Positions 40,805-54,100 of a stretch of DNA of 64,000 bases are shown one piece after another. The stretch is from positions 248,001-312,000 of the forward strand of contig CM074810.1 of NCBI GenBank assembly GCA_037447605.1, in the 5' to 3' direction. Under the pieces are notes generated by a model. That model was not told the origin of the DNA. It made no database searches and worked only from the letters and a program-made list of their open reading frames with translations. The translations under genes were made by a program, and so were the position numbers. The DNA comes from Zygnema circumcarinatum SAG 698-1b (Eukaryota > Plantae > Zygnematophyceae). Within the stretch, counting starts at the first letter, position 1, and each line of letters opens with the position of its first letter.

Positions 40805-41850
40805 TGTTAGAGAGAGAGGGAGGGGCCAGCCATGGCGGGCGCGGCGGCGGCGTGGGTAGTCTTAAGAGTACCGAAATATTTCAATATTCAAGCGATCCGC
40901 AATTTTGACCGTGATTAGCACTAAAAGTTGGGCCCATAAAAACCTGCAACTTTGGGCGGACAACAAGCGTCCGTACATACTCCATCTGCACCGTCACCTC
41001 CTCCTTCTTCCATCCTGCACAGTTCTTCAACAGCCAAAAGAGTATTATTCCCTAAAAACCCTAACAACCCTCCTGGTTGAAAGGTGCAGGCGTAGGCCTG
41101 GTCTCAGTCAGAAGTATAAACGACACAAAAGTGGTAAAATAGAAAAGAAAGAAAGAAAAAGAAAAGAAAAAATTCGTGGCAAGTTTTAACCCCTCTCTCA
41201 CCCGGCAGGTCTATGAGTATGTGAACCGCGTTTTTCTTCTCGAAATGTCGCAACTTTTGCGGAGACTGCAGCACAGACGGCCAATCGAACGGTTCAAACG
41301 ACGCGGAATCATCGACCTTCTCATCTGAGTCGTCAGATTTTTGAATGCATTCGGAATGATCCCATTCGTCTGCGTCAAATAAAATAAAATTTTAAATCTT
41401 TTTGGATAAAAAATTTCCATGACACACTTGAAAAAAATTGAGAGTTTCCTATATCATTCGTTCTCCAAACCAATTTTGAATCAAACAGTCCGCAGGGTGT
41501 CATATATGAGGTTAGCGTTCAAGAGATATGGTCATTTATTCGGCTTGAACCAAGAAAAGGCTAATCTGGAGCCAGTCTTGGCGTAAGACCCAGTGAACAG
41601 AATTTGCCGAATTGCTAATTCCAACACCAAATTAGGGTAGCAGAGTCCCATGAAGAAGTGAACATGAAAAAGTGATAATTAGGAAAGATATGGAGAGAGG
41701 GAGAGAGAGAGAGCGAGAGAGAGAGAGAAACGAAGGAAAAATCTGAAAACCAGAGAAAATGTACAAGGTGGAAACAACTAAGCAGGTACTGCAAAAATAT
41801 GGACCATCTCCACCTCACCTCCTCTTACCTTTAGAACATTTGGGCCCCAT
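40245..41850 (-). CDS. Small heat-shock / alpha-crystallin-domain (Hsp20-like) protein, ~137 aa
   Basis: Exons 41850-41829, 41369-41202, 41014-40944, 40397-40245 splice in phase to ...HFEKKNAVHILIDLPGWKKEEVTVQMEYVRTLVVRPKLQGDGKAGPWEKRFDLPETALGNKIKARMENGLLWIIVLKMTEEEKIDVHIE*. It has the DLPG.KKEEV.V, RF.LP, IKA.MENG.L and C-terminal V-x-I motifs. Its coding frame is absent from the ORF track. Confidence 0.85.
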
Positions 41851-42160
41851 GATCGCTGACGACAAAAAAACCTCTTCTCTCTCTATCCCACTCTCTCCCC
41901 AGCTCGGCCTCTGTTCTGCGCTTTAAGCCTCGTCCCTCTCTCCCCCTGCCCACTTCCTGCCTGCTCTACCTCTCCCCTCCACCCAGTCCAACCTTGGTAC
42001 AATCACAGCCAAGCTTCCTTCGCATGCAACAGTAGGGCCGCCGGCGACGGAGGTTCGGGCTCGCTTCGGGATGGCCCTCGGCGGCCCGGGGTTTGGCTCG
42101 GGGCTGGTTTGGGGCCGTCGGAAGACGTCCGGGTCTGGCTCGGAAGATACAAGGACCTAA

Positions 42161-42179
42161 CCAATAAAGTATAGCCACG
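42161..42179 (+). promoter_or_regulatory. Perfect CCAAT-N9-CCACG (ERSE-I) in the sHSP/UTP20 divergent promoter
   Basis: ccaat-aaagtatag-ccacg, extended to the G-box CCACGTGG. Confidence 0.6.
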
Positions 42180-42657
42180 TGGATGTAATTTTGAAAAGAT
42201 GTGTCTCTAGACAGAAAAGGTGTGAACATAGCACTTTTTTTTGAAACAGGACATCTCGATCTATGTGCAGCAGTTTAGGGCTGTTCAACGGTCGCAGCAT
42301 AGATCGTGGTCGGCACTCCGCTGACCGTTTTGTTGCACGTGCGAGGCCCGAAAGTCGCGGCGTGGAGCGCGCGGGGGGTTAACGGGCGGCGGCGAATTTG
42401 AGAACGCTGCGGAGGGTTCGGCGCAAGCAGGGCGCTGCGGAGGGAGGGAGGGAGTGGGAGAGGGAGAGGGAGGGAGAGAGGGGTGTGGGAGAGGGAGAGA
42501 GAGAGAGGGAGAGGGAGAGAGAGAGAGGAGAGGGAGAGAGAGAGAGGGAGAGAGAGTGTAAGAGGGAGAGGGAGTGAGCTAAAATAAGGAACCCTAAAAG
42601 TTGGCAGACGACTGCTGCCCTTCAGTCTATGTCCGCTTACTCGCAGTGGATGGATTT

Positions 42658-42674
42658 TAGGGTTTGAAACCCTA
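42658..42674. promoter_or_regulatory. Palindromic telo-box pair 13 nt upstream of the UTP20 ATG
   Basis: TAGGGTTT-G-AAACCCTA, a perfect inverted repeat. Confidence 0.5.
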
Positions 42675-42687
42675 ATTCGTCAGCAGC

Positions 42688-45600
42688 ATGGCGGCGGGGG
42701 AAAAGCGGGCAGCGGGCAGCTCGAAGGATACTCCGAGCAAGAAGAGATTTGTGGTTCGTTCAAAAGCTCACTTCCATGATTTATTATTTTTTTTAAATTT
42801 TTTTTCCAATATCAGAAATAAATTTATATGTTTTACAGAAAAAAATTAATCGAGTTCATTTTCTTTTCTATCCGTCCAGAAATTCAACCTTTTTCACTCC
42901 CCTTTTTTTTTTTTTACCAATTCACACCAGAATTTGATTTGTAAGCTAGTTTCCGTTTCTGTTTTACTGATTCCCGTTCCATTCCGTTCAGTTCAAAAGT
43001 TTCGCGCGGCGTCTGGAGCTGGTTGACGCCACTGTGTACCGCAGCGTGACACCTGTCACGTTCGCGCCCGCCCACACTCAGACCTTCACACACGACTCGC
43101 TGCTGCAATGGCGGGTGAGTGAAATTAGGGTTAAGGTTGGTAGAAATTAAGGATTAAGGTTTTGGCTTAATTGTTATTTTATAATCCATTGTGTATGTAT
43201 GTATACCTCTCCTCTATCGAGACCGAGAGCGAGAGAGAGAGGGAGAGAGAACTAGGGAGAGGGAGTGGGAGAGAAGGGGAGGGAGAGAGCGAGAGGCAGA
43301 GGCAGCGGAAGCGGGCGAGGGACGGGGAGATGAACATGAGTCAAATTCCTCACTCGAGTACCACCCTTTGCTTTGTTCCTTTGTGTAAAAAACGACCACC
43401 AGGAACTGAACACTGCGAGCGACTTCAACGAAGTGTTCCGCGACCTGACTCCGCTGGTTGGGAGCCTGCCGCAAATTCTTTTTCACAAGTCGAAAATATT
43501 CGACATATTGATCTCTCGCATGCATATGAAGGCGGTGCTGTCTCTGGAGCCCATTTTAAGGTATGCGGAAGTCATCCCTCTCTCATTCCCCTGTTGCTTT
43601 CCTCTTACTCTCCTAGCAAACGTCATTCCTCCTACCCTCTCTCCCTCCTTCTCTCTTTCTCCCTCTCCCTCTTCCCCTCCCTCTCCCCCTCCCCTCCCCC
43701 TCTCTCTTCCCCTCTCCCTCCCCTTCCCCCTCCNNNNNNNNNNTCCCCCTCCCCCTCCCAAATTCTCCTACCTTTCATCAAACTTCACTTATATATTTTA
43801 TGTCTTATTTTCCTCTTTGCAGTCTTCTAGCAGTACTTTCGCGCGACCTTCAAGATGAATACCTTCTGTGAGTACTTACTCTCTTTTCGTTTTCTCCTGT
43901 AGAATTTCATGTTAGCAGGTTGATGTGACTGCCTTTCCATTGACCTTTAAACACGGTTGTTTTATAATAGTATTAAAAAGCTTATGCACCTTTTTTGTCC
44001 TTGTGTATTACCAAAAATAAAAAATTCGGGGGGTAGGGGGGGAAACACAAATTTAGCAAAGAATATCCTAAAACAGAAAGCAGGAAGGATAAAAACATTT
44101 AACCGGCTCTATGGAGATTCAGAAGAATTTCATATTGTAAAGAAAGTATTTGGCTATGGGGTTGATTTTTCTGTTGTTCCCCCCTCTCTCCCTCACTCTT
44201 TTTCTCTCTCCCCCTCTCTCTCTGCTTCTCCCTCGTCTCTTCTTCCTGGAAGCGTCCTCCCCCGAGTATTGGACGCATGCGTCATTCTGCTGAAGGAGGG
44301 AGGAGATCGAAACGCTGAAGTTTTGGAGCAGGTTCTCCCTCTCTCCCTCTCTCTGCCTTTATCCAAAAAGTTTAAAACCCTAAATTCTCTTAACCATAGC
44401 ATTCTGAAACTCTATTCAACCCTGGAAAACCCTAAAAAGTTGAAAGTTGACATGACCTATACACACAAAGGAATTCAAACGCTCGAAAAAGCTGTGACGA
44501 TCCTAAAACCAAATTTTCGTTTTTTTGGGTTTGGAATGTAACATTGGATCTTTGTTTCAGGCAGTTTTTGTTCTATTTTTTTGAAGTTCATCGTTTGGGG
44601 GCTGCTCAGGTGTTCAATTGCCTCTCCTCCATATTCAAGCACCTTTTGAAGCATCTTGTGAAGGACCTGCGCTCAGTTCTCAGGTAGGAGGTTTGTGTTC
44701 TCTTCCTACCATGGCGGAGAGGGAGGGAGGAGGGAGGGAGGGAGGGTGGGAGCGAGGGAGAGAAGTTGGGAGAGAGAGAGGGAGCGACGGTGGGGGGAGA
44801 GGGGGGTTGGCCGGAGTGGGGTTGGATGGGAGGGAGGAGGCGAGGATGGTCGGTGGGAGGAAGGGAGAAAGCGAGGGAGGGAGGGTGGGAGAAAGGGGGA
44901 GGGAGGGAAGAGGGTGAGATGGGTGAGGGAGGGAGGGTAGGAGGGAAGGAGGGAGGGAGTGGAGGGAGGGTGGGAGGGGAGGGTAGAAACGAGAGGAGGG
45001 CAGGGTGGGAGGGAAGAGAGGGAGGGAGTCAAGGGGAAGGAAGGAGGAAGGGAGGGAGAAAGGAGGGACAGAGGGAGAAACCTTGAAACCGCAGAGAAAA
45101 CGATTGCTTAAACAATAGTTTACAGAAATCCACATATGTGTCCTCATATTCACTTTGAGATTGTCTGTTATATCACTCGTACAAAGGTAAGAAACTTTCT
45201 CTTTCTCTTTCTTTTTTTTATATATATTTTTTGTGCAGACATACCCGGGCTCTTAGATACCACAGCCAGTCGCACGTGCGGGAATTTTCGGCAGAAGCAA
45301 TCTCGTACTTGGTCAGAAACGCTCCGCCGAAGCAGCTCATCAGGGGTACGGTTGCAATTACATTTAAATTAATCAAGTTTACTTTATTTCATATATGATT
45401 TGAGAATCTAACTAGAAAAGATAAACTAAACTAAAATGAAATGAAGTGAAATTAAAATAGAACTGGATTTTTCATTTTGAGTTTCTTCCTGCTCCATTCC
45501 CTCTCTCTCTCTCGTGTTCGCTCTTTCTTTCTCTCTGTTACTCTCTCTCTCTCTCTCTCTCTCTCCCTCTCTTTGTTCATCAAAATGAAATTCTGCTTAC

Positions 45601-48600
45601 TTTAATCTCATTAACATTCTACCTCCTCCTCGACCTGAATCTTACTTATTATACTTAATCGTTTCCTTCCCTCCCCCTCCCCCCCCCTCCCATTTTTTTT
45701 TCCTGAAATTTCAGGAGTTAGGAAACTTTTGTCGGAAGTGGAGGAAAGCCCTTCAGAGGAACGCTTGACCGGCTGCAGTGCAATTTTTTTTCATTCCCTT
45801 CAAGGACCCATTAGAGGCCTGCATTCTAAGGGGGGTCCTCTTTTGAAATTACTTTTTGATCGATCGATTTTCTTGCGAATAAAAGGAAAAAGTCAAGGTG
45901 AGCATTTTGACCTATTTCTGGCAAACTTTGGGGCATGCAATGCAATGTCTGAAATGTCAAATGTGGGGAAAAAAAAAAAGTGGGGGGGGGAAGTGGGGGA
46001 GCAAAGTATGAGAGTGGCTAGTTTTTGGTTTTCGGTTTCTAGTTTTCGGTTTTGGGTTTCTGGTTTTTTTCCGTACTTTGGTTCCTCGTGGTTTTTAGGG
46101 ATCAGGGCCGCAAAATTACAGCTGGAGAAAGAGGCGGGTCTTGTTTCTTGCCAGGTGTCGGTCGGTGATTGGTCGAAAACTCTTTTTTGGGGCCGCAGAG
46201 GATGACTCGAAAGGGTCCCAAAATGAAAAATCTTCGAATATTTCGGTGGATGTGATTGGCCGAACTCTCGAGCTGCTCTGCCAACACATCACTCGCGAAA
46301 AATCGGCTCCAATATGGGAGAGTTTGCTGGGGGAGCTGAATCGCATATTGAGAGAGAGAGGGAGAGAGAGGGAGAGAGTCGGAACGGAGGGGGAGGGGGA
46401 GGGGGAGAGGGAGGGAGAGGGGGAGGGAGGGAGGGAGGACGAGGGAGAGGGAGAGGGAGAGGTGGGAGGAGGAGAGCGAGAGCAGTGGAGGATTGTGGCG
46501 GCGTCTTTACTGGCATTGGTGAATCAGATGGTGGAGCATCATAAGGGTGCGAGAGTGACAGGTGTGTTCCGTGAGGAGGGAGGGAGGGAGGATGGGAGGG
46601 AGGGAGAGAGGGAGGGAGAGAGAGAGGGAGGGAGTTGGGGAAGGAGGGATGGAGAGCGGGAAGGAGGGAGGTGGGGAGGGAGGGAGGGAGAGCGGAAGGA
46701 GGGAGGTAGATGGAGGGAGGGAAGGAATGTAGGTGTTGTGGTGGAGGAAGAGAGGAGCGTGAGGAAGAGGGGGTGAGAGAGAGAGAGAGAGTTGGGGGGT
46801 GGAGGGGCAAGGGGAGGAGGGGATGGGAAGTGTGAGGGGGAAGGGGGGGACGCTGGACGGGCCAGAGTGGGGGAGGGAGTGGGGCAAGGGGAAGAGGGAG
46901 AGGGNNNNNNNNNNGGGAGGAGGGAGGGAGAGAGACAGGAACATTTAGGGAACAAATAAATATAAACATCTTTCCTCCACACATTTCTTGCTCTCTGAAC
47001 TCCAAAACGCATACCTCCTAAGCTCCGCGCTCTCTCCCTCCTTCCCTCCTCTCCCTCCTCTCCCTCCTCTCCTCCCTCTAACCTCCTCTATCGCTCGTCC
47101 TGCAGACTACACCCCCCTCTTCTCTCTCGCAGAGACTCTCCTCCAGCCAGATGTATTCCGCCCTGATGACGTAAGCCCTAAAAGTGAAGCCAAGCCTGAG
47201 TTCTTGGGACCCTTACTCCCTCAGCGAGACCTCTCCCACCCCTCTCTCTCCCTCCCCTCTCCCTCCCTCCCGCGGGAGACTCTCCGTCTCCTCTCTGCCC
47301 TAATGGCCAGCCATGTCTTCATTCAAGGAGCAAGCATTGGCCCATCCGCCATAGCTCGAGCTGCCCCTAAATGGGCTCCTGCTTTTGCCTGCACAAATTC
47401 CGATCTGTAAGTTAAGATTAAAAAAATAGAAAAAAGTTTTAAAGGTTATGGTTGTGGACTTTTCCTTTCTTTTTGAGTGTGTTTTTTGGGGGTTGATTAT
47501 ATGGACTTTTCTGGGGGTTTTTTTTTTTTCATGTGAGATTGTTGAGGCTGAAACGAATTGAACAGTCCGACAAACTTGGGTTTTTTTATCAAAACTGGGT
47601 TTTTGGGAATGCAGAGTACTGCCCTTTTTTCGGAAAATTGTGGAATATGACGTCACCGTTTTGCAGACTGTGGCAACGCCTCTCCTCAGGTGCTTTTCAA
47701 CTGAGTTCGGAACTTTTGGGCTGCTAAGGAGCCTCTCCTCTCTCTCTCCTCCTCTCCCCCTCTCTCCCTCTCGCCCTCCCACTCTCCATCCTTCCATCCC
47801 TCGTTCTTGTTTTCTCGCCCTGTCGCTTTCCCTCCCACCCTCCCTCCCTCCTTCCCTCCCTCCCTCCCCTCCNNNNNNNNNNGTGTGTTCCGTGAGGAGG
47901 GAGGGAGGGAGGATGGGAGGGAGGGAGAGAGGGAGGGAGAGAGAGAGGGAGGGAGTTGGGGAAGGAGGGATGGAGAGCGGGAAGGAGGGAGGTGGGGAGG
48001 GAGGGAGGGAGAGCGGAAGGAGGGAGGTAGATGGAGGGAGGGAAGGAATGTAGGTGTTGTGGTGGAGGAAGAGAGGAGCGTGAGGAAGAGGGGGTGAGAG
48101 AGAGAGAGAGAGTTGGGGGGTGGAGGGGCAAGGGGAGGAGGGGATGGGAAGTGTGAGGGGGAAGGGGGGGACGCTGGACGGGCCAGAGTGGGGGAGGGAG
48201 TGGGGCAAGGGGAAGAGGGAGAGGGGAAGAGAGGCGAGAGGGAGGAGGGAGAGAGAGACAGGAACATTTAGGGAACAAATAAATATAAACATCTTTCCTC
48301 CACACATTTCTTGCTCTCTGAACTCCAAAACGCATACCTCCTAAGCTCCGCGCTCTCTCCCTCCTTCCCTCCTCTCCCTCCTCTCCCTCCTCTCCTCCCT
48401 CTAACCTCCTCTATCGCTCGTCCTGCAGACTACACCCCCCTCTTCTCTCTCGCAGAGACTCTCCTCCAGCCAGATGTATTCCGCCCTGATGACGTAAGCC
48501 CTAAAAGTGAAGCCAAGCCTGAGTTCTTGGGACCCTTACTCCCTCAGCGAGACCTCTCCCACCCCTCTCTCTCCCTCCCCTCTCCCTCCCTCCCGCGGGA

Positions 48601-51165
48601 GACTCTCCGTCTCCTCTCTGCCCTAATGGCCAGCCATGTCTTCATTCAAGGAGCAAGCATTGGCCCATCCGCCATAGCTCGAGCTGCCCCTAAATGGGCT
48701 CCTGCTTTTGCCTGCACAAATTCCGATCTGTAAGTTAAGATTAAAAAAATAGAAAAAAGTTTTAAAGGTTATGGTTGTGGACTTTTCCTTTCTTTTTGAG
48801 TGTGTTTTTTGGGGGTTGATTATATGGACTTTTCTGGGGGTTTTTTTTTTTTCATGTGAGATTGTTGAGGCTGAAACGAATTGAACAGTCCGACAAACTT
48901 GGGTTTTTTTATCAAAACTGGGTTTTTGGGAATGCAGAGTACTGCCCTTTTTTCGGAAAATTGTGGAATATGACGTCACCGTTTTGCAGACTGTGGCAAC
49001 GCCTCTCCTCAGGTGCTTTTCAACTGAGTTCGGAACTTTTGGGCTGCTAAGGAGCCTCTCCTCTCTCTCTCCTCCTCTCCCCCTCTCTCCCTCTCGCCCT
49101 CCCACTCTCCATCCTTCCATCCCTCGTTCTTGTTTTCTCGCCCTGTCGGCTTTCCCTCCCACCCTCCCTCCCTCCTTCCCTCCCTCCCTCCCCTCCNNNN
49201 NNNNNNTCCCTCCCTCCCTCTCTCTACACGAACTCCCACCTAGCACGATCGCTGTAAAGCCCAAATGGACCCCAAAAACGTTAAAACTCCAAATAGCTTT
49301 TTGAAATCTTGTCTATTTACCTTACCTTAACTCTCCAAAAATTTCAATGCTCTCAACAACTAAAAAATGAAAGAAGTTGGACCATGTTTCTTTCTTGCAG
49401 GTCTTTGAATGAAATGATTGAATCTCAGCCGGAAGAAGTTCTCCCCCTATTGTCGGATTTGTGCAAAAAATTGGAACCCTCAATGAAAACTTTCTCTTTT
49501 CTCCGCTCTAAGCTTGTGGACTGCAAAATGCGAATAATTCCTTTTATCAATTTTACCATTGAAAGGGGTACAAATTGGGGTCTATGGAGTAGCGAACCTT
49601 TAGAGCCCGCCCTGCTTTGGGCCGCCCTTCAATGCTTGCCTTATGCTTCAGAAAAAGGGAGCGAAAAAAATGCGATAGAATTAGCAGAAATTTTGCTTAA
49701 AAAGATTGAAGAAATGGGTAAAATTGACCCTGAATCTGATGGAATTAGGGTTGAGGAGGATGGGAAGGAGGCGGAGAATGGGAGGGTTGCGGAGGGAGAG
49801 AGAGGAGAGAGAGAAGAGGGAGAGGAGAGTGAGGAGGGAGAAGAGGACGAGGACGGAGAGGAGAGAGGGAAGGGGGGAGATAGAGAGGAGAGAGCAGTGA
49901 CAGAAGTGGCAGAGGGAGTGGAGAGAGAGGAGGGAGAGAGTAGTGGAGTGGGAGAGGAGGATGAGCGGAGAGTTTGGAGCTGCCTTTTGGCTGCAGCTTT
50001 GCAAGCTCATACCCTCATTCTGAATCAATTTTCTCCGGAAACCCTAAATTCTCATTTGGGGTTTTATTTGGATGTGGGATATCGATGCTTTTGGAGTTCG
50101 CATGTTCTCCAAAGTGTGGCCAATTTTTTGGAACAAACTCGCGGGTGAGTGGTCGGTTTTTTTGAAGTAAAATTCTGAAAACTTTAATAGCTTCTCAGCA
50201 TTTTACCTTCTCGCCCTCGAAACCGACAAAAAAATCATGAACCCTGACAAATGTGAAAAGAAGTGAATTCAGTTATTTTTTTGTTTTGTTCCCTTTAATA
50301 TCCTGCTATCTTCCAAACCCTAATTCTTGTTTCTTGTTCTAATTTTTTTCAGACCAAATTCATCAGAATCGTTTCCACCGGAACTTTCTCGCTTCTCCCT
50401 AAAAAAGGCTTTATCAATTCTGAAATCGAATTTGAGCAGTTCTGAAAAAGAGTTGAGATTATCGACTCTTGATATACTTTCTAAATTTGAACCTCTCCAT
50501 TCCGCTATTCCTCCGGAGGAGATGGAGAGAGAGGAGGGAGAGAGAAAGAGGAGAAAAATGATAGATGGGAGAGCAGCCGCAACTGTCAATCAGCCCTGTC
50601 TGGTGAGGTTCAAGCCCTCTAACTTAGTACAGAAAAAAACCCCACTCTCTTTCCTCCCTCTCCCCCCCCTCTCCCTCCCCCCTGTCTCTCTCTCCCTTCC
50701 CCTCTCCCCCTCCCTCTCCGTTCCTCTCCTTCTGCCCGCCTTTCCCTCTTTCTCCCCCTTCTGTCTGCCTCTCCCCCTCTTTTCCTCTCCCCTCCCCACT
50801 TTCTCTCTTCCTTTCTCTCCCCTTCTGTCTCCCTCTCCCTCTCTCTCCCTCTCTCTCCCTCTCTATCTCTCCCCGCCTCACCTTCTCTCTCCCTCTTCCT
50901 CTCCCCTCCCCACTTGCTCTCTTCCTTTCTCTCCCCTTCTGTCTCCCTCTCCCCCTTTCTCCCTTCCCTCTCCCCCCCTCCTCTTATCTATCCCTCTCCA
51001 TCTCCCCTCCCCACTTTCTCTCTCCCTCTGACTCCCTCTCCCCTCCCCACTCTTTCTCCCTTTAACTCCCTCCCCCCTCTCCCTCTCACTCCCTCCCCCC
51101 TGTCCCTCTCACTCCCTCCCCCCTCTTCCTCTCACTCCCTCCCCCCTCTCCCTCTCACTCCCCCT

Positions 51166-51197
<32 letters not shown>

Positions 51198-54100
51198 CGC
51201 TCTCTCTCTCTCTCTCAGGTGCTGCAGCAGCTTCAGGAGGTGGAGGCCGCCCCTTTGCGCTTTGAGTCAGTCCGGCGGAGTTGCTCCATTTTGGAACGAC
51301 TCAAAGTTTTGGTTTGCGGCAAAAAACTGCAAACCGAGTTTTTGGAGCCAACCACGGAGGCCCTTTTAGGGTTTTTCCATATCAAATTTTCGCTCCTCTG
51401 GGAGGCCATAGCGGACTGCCTCGCAGGTCAAACCCTAAAAATTTAACCTTCCAGCAAAGAAGAAAAAATAGTATGACGTTTCAACACTAGGAAAGGAAAA
51501 GCCCTAAATTTTTTTGTTTGCTTTGACATCTGTTTTTCTTTTTTTTGCATGCTTTTTTTTTTTTCTCTTTCTTTTCCGGTTAAAGGAAGTTATGTGATCG
51601 AAGAGATGAACCCTTTTTTGTCGTTTTGTGCTGCATGTGCAGGGTTGGTGAATACATTTCCCAAGTTGGCATGGCCTATAATTGTAAATAAATTGAAAAA
51701 AGTTCAAAAAGAATTCCTCTTTGCAGACCGACTGGAACGGAGAGAGGAGGACCTACAGGTGGTGGATGCAGGTCAGTTTTTTTTTTGAATTTTCATACAT
51801 AAAAAAACCGTCACTTAATTGAAACAAAAATAAAAGAATATCTGAAGTTAAGATTCAGATTGACCTACTCTTATCATTGTAGGGTTTTCTGGTTTACAAA
51901 ATTCGTCAACTTTGTCGAATTTTAGGGTTTCCCGACTCTCCGTTGAGCCCCAAACCCTAACAGTAGTCGGCGTTCTATGTCGCCGTTTCGTTTTCTGTTC
52001 AGATTTGTGGACGAGGTTCTATGCGTTCCGCCACCGTTCAACGGAAAGCACAGAAACGGGTTCTCTGCTGTTACAGATTCTGAAAACACTTCAAAAAGCG
52101 GCACACGTGGCAGAAGCTCATTCGCGGGAGCTCGTCCCTCTGGCACTTAACTTTATGGAGGAGGACGATGCTGACTTTATCGAGGGGTACTGCTACTGAA
52201 ACCCTAAAAATCCGATATTCTGAATTGGACCTTGAACCCCTTAACTTTGTAAAGGTTTCCGGAAACTGCTGAGTTTTTTGGTTGTCTATTTTTGTGATGT
52301 TTTTTGACTTTTTTTTGCATTTGTGCGAGTGTGTTGTGAAGTGGGAGAAAGAGAGAGAGAGGGAGGTCCTCAGTGAGAGGAGGGAGAGAGTGGAGACTCG
52401 CATTGAAGGAGTGGCTCTCTCTCCTCCGCGATATGAAGAATGCAAAGGGATTTTTTCGAGGAGCAGATTTGAAAGAAGTTTTGGAGAAAAGGTGAGAACA
52501 GTCACAGGATGATTATAAAAGTTCTTTGAAGTTCGTTAAAACTTGTGGGGTTTCTTACAATGGGTTTTAGGTTGTACGGTAATCAGGGTTCACTTTTTAA
52601 AAATTTTCTTTATCAATGGTATGAAGCTTTATTGAGTTTCTTGGTGAAGTTCGGGACCTAGGTTTTTGCATTCTATTATGATTATTTTTGTAAAAACCGA
52701 AATATTCTTCACTCTCTCTCTTCTTCCCCTTCTCATCGTTGTTGTCTCTCCTCTCCTCTCTCTCTCCCTTGTTCTCCTCTCTTCTCCTCCCCGCCTTACA
52801 ACTCTGTCTCCGTCTCTCGCCCTCTTTCACTCCCTCCCTTTCTCCATATCTCTCCCTCCCTCCTCCTCCCCCCTCAAACTCCCACTCCCCCTCTCTCCCC
52901 CTCCCCCCTCACACCAATCTCCCTCCTCCCCCTCACACCTCCCCCCTCCCACACTCCCCCTCTCCCTCCTCCCTCACGCCCCCTCTCCCTCCTCCCCCCT
53001 CACACTCCCCCCCCTCTCCATTCCCCTCCTCCCTCACCCCCCCTCTCCCTCCTCGGCCTCACAACCTCCCCCTCCCCCACTCCCTCCTCTTCCCCCCTCA
53101 CACCCCCCCACCCCTCCCCCACCCCCACTCTCCCTCCCCCGCCGCCCCCCTCNNNNNNNNNNCCCCCTCCCCCTCAGGTTCCTCCCCGACGCGGACCCTG
53201 CCGTACAGGTCCTGAGTCTGGACTGCCTCCTCCTCTGGAAGGACTCCGCTCTCCTTCCGTACGGTCCGCACTTGTACGGACTCATCTCGAACAGAACGGC
53301 GAGGGAGGAACTGACCACATGGAACCTCGCCAGAGACTCCAACGGAACTGTGCAGGAGGCACATAGAGCCGCGCTGGTGCCCCTCGTCCTGCGGGTCCTT
53401 CTTCCCAAACTCATGAAACGGAGCGGGAAACATTCGGGAAAGGTACATTTCTTATATTGATTTTTTTTTTTTTTTAATCTTTTATTCTTTTGCTTTGGAA
53501 GTGTAGCTGTTTCATTTAGGCTTAATTCTCCATTTTTTTTTTTTTTTCTCTCCCTCTCTCGCTGTAGAGTGCTGCGGGAGTGAGCCGATCGGCAGTTCTC
53601 TCATTCATCGGTCATTTGGAAAGCTCCGAACTGGTCACCCTTTTCTGCCTTCTCCTTAGACCCCTCAGTTCCGTGTTCCGTAACGGAACGGTTCCCCCAA
53701 CAGTTGCACATAGAACCTCTCCCTCCTTCCCCGGAAAGAAAATTCAGTTTTGGGAGTGGGCTTTGGAAGGAGTTGGGCCAAGTTTTGTTGAAAACGTCGA
53801 TTCGAAGGAATTAGTTAAACTGCCACAGAAACGGATTGTGGGATTTTTGAACATGGAAAAGGATTTGCTGGAGAATTTTGGAGAGGCTCTTTTGGGCCAA
53901 TTTTTGCATGTTATGATAGCAGTGACTTTACGGTGCTTGGAGGGGTACGGAGCTTGGGGGGGAGAGGAGGGAGAGGAGGGAGAGGAGGGAGAAGAGGGAG
54001 AGGTGAGAAAGGTGGGAGAGGTGGAGGAGGAAATGGTTAGGGTTGAAACTCAGGGAGAGAGAGAAGAGGAGGAAGGTGGGGGAGAGGGAGGTGAGGAGGA

